From Malacoraja senta (Eukaryota): a DNA stretch of 64,000 nucleotides. The translations under genes and the position numbers were made by a program. This document shows, one piece after another, positions 60,533 to 64,000 of this stretch (within the stretch, counting starts at the first letter, position 1; every line of letters starts with the position of its first letter). Location: the NCBI GenBank assembly GCA_038087875.1, contig JAXLNO010001453.1, forward strand, positions 186,001 to 250,000, read 5' to 3'. A model generated the notes under the pieces. It had not been told where the DNA came from and ran no database searches. It was given only the letters and a program-made list of their open reading frames with translations.

Positions 60533-62852
60533 ATCACACTGTTCTTCTCTAAACCCATCTCTGATTGCTCATGTAAGTACTCATTGATATAATGAGATTA
60601 CAATGTACATTAAAGATTCACTCCTTACCAGTTGCATCCAACGGTAGCGGATGGTGTTTATTCAAGCAAGGGAATCTAATAATATTTTAAGGAAGCAGAG
60701 TCTAGTAGTCGGGGCGGTAAAGGGAGAAGGTTCGCTTTTCTGATTGGTCATAGTTACAAATTGGTCTGGCATGTATCTCCCGAGCCACTACCACAGCGCA
60801 GACGCTGCAGTTGTGCAGAGGCTAAGAGAGTAGAATAAAAACAAGAGGAAAACGCTCGAAAGGAAGCTTCTCAGAATCGAGTGCATCTCGGGTAGGACTC
60901 CGCAGTTGGCCAGACATTGAGAAAAATGGAGAAGGCTTCCAATTAAAATGTAAATGATTACGAAGAATAATGGATTTTCAGCTGTTTGTGCCAGCTAAGA
61001 TATTCACGAGGATCAGGGTTGATTGGTGACTTTTGTCTTGGCGGCAACTTCTGCACAAATCTTTCCATAACATAATTTACATTCCTTCATACTTTGAATG
61101 CAACAGCAAGCCTTCAGCTCTCAATGGCAATAGGTCCACAATTCCGTTCCTCAACCGTCCCATCCCCATCACACTTTTCTTTTTGTGGCCATCTATGATT
61201 TTCTATGTAAGTGCCCAGACCACGATTCTTGATAACCTTCTTGGAGACTGCTTCTCCCACATTCGTGCAATAATATGTCTATACACACACATATATTCCA
61301 TTTGGAGATACAGCGCGGAAACAGGCTCCACGGCACAGCGAGTCCGCGTTGATCAGCGATTCCCGCACACTAACACCATCCTACACATTGCGGATAATTT
61401 AACATTTTTACCGAAACCAATTAACCTACAAACCGATACGTCTTTGGAGTATTCGAGGAAACCGGAGCACCGGATAAAAGCCTACGGGGAGAACGGACAA
61501 CGGGTCACGCGGATAACGGACAAACTCCGTGCAGGCAACTATAGTGGTCAGGATCAAATCCGGATCTCTGACGGTTTAGGACAGCATCACTGCCTCTGCG
61601 GCACCCCTGCGGGTTTGATAGTAAACAATGTTATGGAAAGATTTTTGCGGAAGGTGATGCCAAGTGACAAGTCATAAATCAACCATGATCATACATAGTA
61701 ATATATATAGTAATATATATAAATATAAATATTTTAAAAGTATGTTAATACATATAAAAATAATCGTTATAATAATATAATTGTATAATTGTATATATTA
61801 TTATTATATTTATTTTAATATATTTATATATATATTTAAATGGATGGATGGAGATATTAACAGAGGACATCGCATCAGGCGTTAAACACATTAAATGCTT
61901 TTGGCGGAATGTCACAATTCTAGAATCGTTTTGGCATTACGAGAACGCACAGAAGGAAGAGCAGTTCTCAGCAAAGTGTGTGGAGGCTTCTCTGAACTGC
62001 TGACAAGAGTTCACTTCAAATACTTCCAGCTGACTCACTAGATGTTTTTCTCACATAGAAGACGGAATGTTGCTCGAAAGCAAATATCTAAATTGCTCTC
62101 TGGGTATTACTTCCCCGATTTAATCCAATCCCTGCTAGGTTTTGTTTGCAATTGCAAAACAACACACTTCCCACATTATTCCGTGGCCCATGGACCGACC
62201 CTTTACCCAACCGTCCATTTACTGTTCTCTCTTGAGTCCTCCCTTCATCTTTGCAATCTCTGAGTATCGGACATAACGCTGTTCCTACAATGTACGCTCT
62301 ATTCGCTAACAAAATCAACCAAAGACTTAATTTTAAACAAACAAATCACATGAGATGAGCGTTAGTGGAAATAGTAAGTTATCAGCAATGGTCTCTCCAA
62401 CGTGCATCACTTTCCAATGAGGACAATAGAAACATAGAAACATAGAAAATAGAAGCAGGAGGAGGCCGTTGGGCCCTTCTAGTCAGCATCGCCATTCACT
62501 GTGATCATGGCTGATCGTCCGCAATCAATAAGCCGTGCCTGCCTTCTCCCCATATCCCTTGATTCCACTAGCCCCTAGAGCTGCATCTAACTCACTCTTA
62601 AATCCATCCAGTGACTTGACCTCCACTACCCTCTGTGGTAGGAAATTCCACAAATTCACAACTCTCTGGGCGAAAAAGTTTTTTCTCACCTCAGTCTTAA
62701 ATGGCTTCCCCCTTTATTCTAAGACTGTGTCCCTTGCTTCTGGACTCGCCCAACATTGTGGACATTTTTCCTGCATCTAGCTTATCCAGTCCTATTATGA
62801 TTTTATATGTTTCTATAAGCCCCCCCCCTCATGCGTCTAAACTCCAGTGAAT

Positions 62853-63547
62853 ATTGTATTGTATTGTATTGTATATCTTTATTGTCATTTCCTGAGTATT
62901 CGCATACCCAGAGGAAACAAAACACGTTCCTCAACCAGTGTCCATTTCAGTGTGCAGTAAAAAATAAATAGAAGTAAAAATACATATATCATGAACAAAT
63001 TAACACTCTACTCTACTAAACATCAACAGGCGTTCCAATCGGCAGCGGCACGACAGTGGCTCTGCTGCAGTGTGTCCAGGTTGGTGGTTGGTGCACGATA
63101 CTTTGGCAGGGGACAAAGTCCGTTTATCAGTCTTATAACCTGCGGTAAGAAGCTGAGGAGCATCCTGCTGGTTTTGCACCTAATGCCTCTTCCCAGATGG
63201 CAGGATGGAGAATATGTGATGCGATGGGTGGTAGGGGTCTTTGATGATGGAGATGGCTCTGCTGATACATCTCTTCCTGTATATGTCCAGCAGGAAAGGG
63301 AGTGGAGCACCAATAATCCTGCTGGCGGTCTTCACAATCCTGTCTAGTTGGTGCCGTTCGTACGCCTTGCAGCTCCCGAACCAGGAAGTGATGCCGTAGG
63401 TTAATGTGCTCTCGATTGTCCCCCTATATAAAGTTCGTAGGTGTGTAATGGGGAGACCTGCTTTACGTAGTCTTCGGAGAGGGTGTAGTCGCTTCTGGGC
63501 TCTCTTGACCAGTGCTGTGGTGTTGGTCGTGGACGTCAGGTCATCTG
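62853..63547 (-). mobile_element. Rex1/L2-type 3' fragment with (ACAAT)n tail, nested in a CR1 fragment
   Basis: SDDLTSTTNTTALVKRAQKRLHPLRRLRKAGL... Absent from the paralogous site at about 17650-17670, where about 7 bp (caagcct) are present instead. Confidence 0.88.
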
Positions 63548-64000
63548 ACAGTCTTTTCAATCTTTCCTCATATGACAGTCCCTCCATCGCAGGGATCAAT
63601 CTCGTGAACCTACGCTGCACTGCCTCAATCAGAAGGATGTCCTTCCTCAAATTAGGAGACCAAAACTGTACACAAAACTCCAGATGTTGTCTCACCAGAG
63701 CCCTATACGACTGCAGAAGAAACTCTTTACTCCCAGACTGAAATCCTCTTGTTATGAAGGCCAACATTCCATTATCTTTCTTGTAATTGTAAACCAGCAT
63801 TTTCGGTTCCTTGTTGCTGCAGATGCAACAGCTGATTTTACACCTGCTCTATTCCCACAATTCATGCCAATTGAAATCTATGGGGAACCATACGAGGTTG
63901 GGGGCGATGAACGGGCGAGGAGAACGTCCATACATTTAATATTTCAGGTAAAGGATTTAGGGTAGTTGATGTTGGGAGAATGGTTTCACAGTGGAGAGAA

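Larger units (their letters stand above)
54930..64000 (+). repeat. Paralogous unit, copy 3 (54930-56344 matches 5835-7274; 57114-64000 matches 10434-18115)
   Basis: Colinear homology. The upstream part is visibly more diverged from copy 1; the downstream part is near-identical to copy 1 (for example ORFs 15757-16401 vs 61033-61677). Confidence 0.92.

Overview
Repeat-dense vertebrate genomic DNA, most likely a cartilaginous fish such as a skate or ray (inferred from CR1 LINEs with (GAAACATA)n/(GACAATA)n tails, tRNA-derived V-SINE-like elements, a GPR139/142-like receptor family and a 22-bp RSS spacer). The window is a tandem array of paralogous units carrying a two-exon class A orphan GPCR. 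One copy is intact (exon 1 56641-56710, exon 2 57581-58494, 327 aa), two lack exon 1 and are frameshifted (13138-14050, 35680-36568), and one is an older fragment (about 45735-46200). A single intact-looking T-cell receptor alpha/delta-type V gene (leader exon, V exon, RSS; minus strand, 49537-50040) sits inside the array. Bases 1-14802 are duplicated at 21864-37326, and 5835-18115 are partly duplicated at 54930-64000. Copy 1 resembles copy 2 upstream and copy 3 downstream, like a Lepore-type fusion. The rest is layered retroelements (CR1, L1, Rex1/L2-type, Penelope-like, an internally deleted Gypsy, SINEs), several with empty sites visible in the paralogs. The most striking unexplained signals are: (i) a U_UUA_AAC slippery heptamer, in frame for -1 frameshifting into ORF2, directly before the ORF1 stop of three CR1 copies from two subfamilies; (ii) the TCR V gene embedded in a GPCR birth-and-death array; (iii) a 102-bp hammerhead-ribozyme insertion with a 13-bp TSD; (iv) a pair of ancient exon-like duplicates bounded by splice signals. 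No prokaryotic genes, CRISPR arrays, rRNA or true tRNA genes were seen. Identities were judged by eye, not computed.
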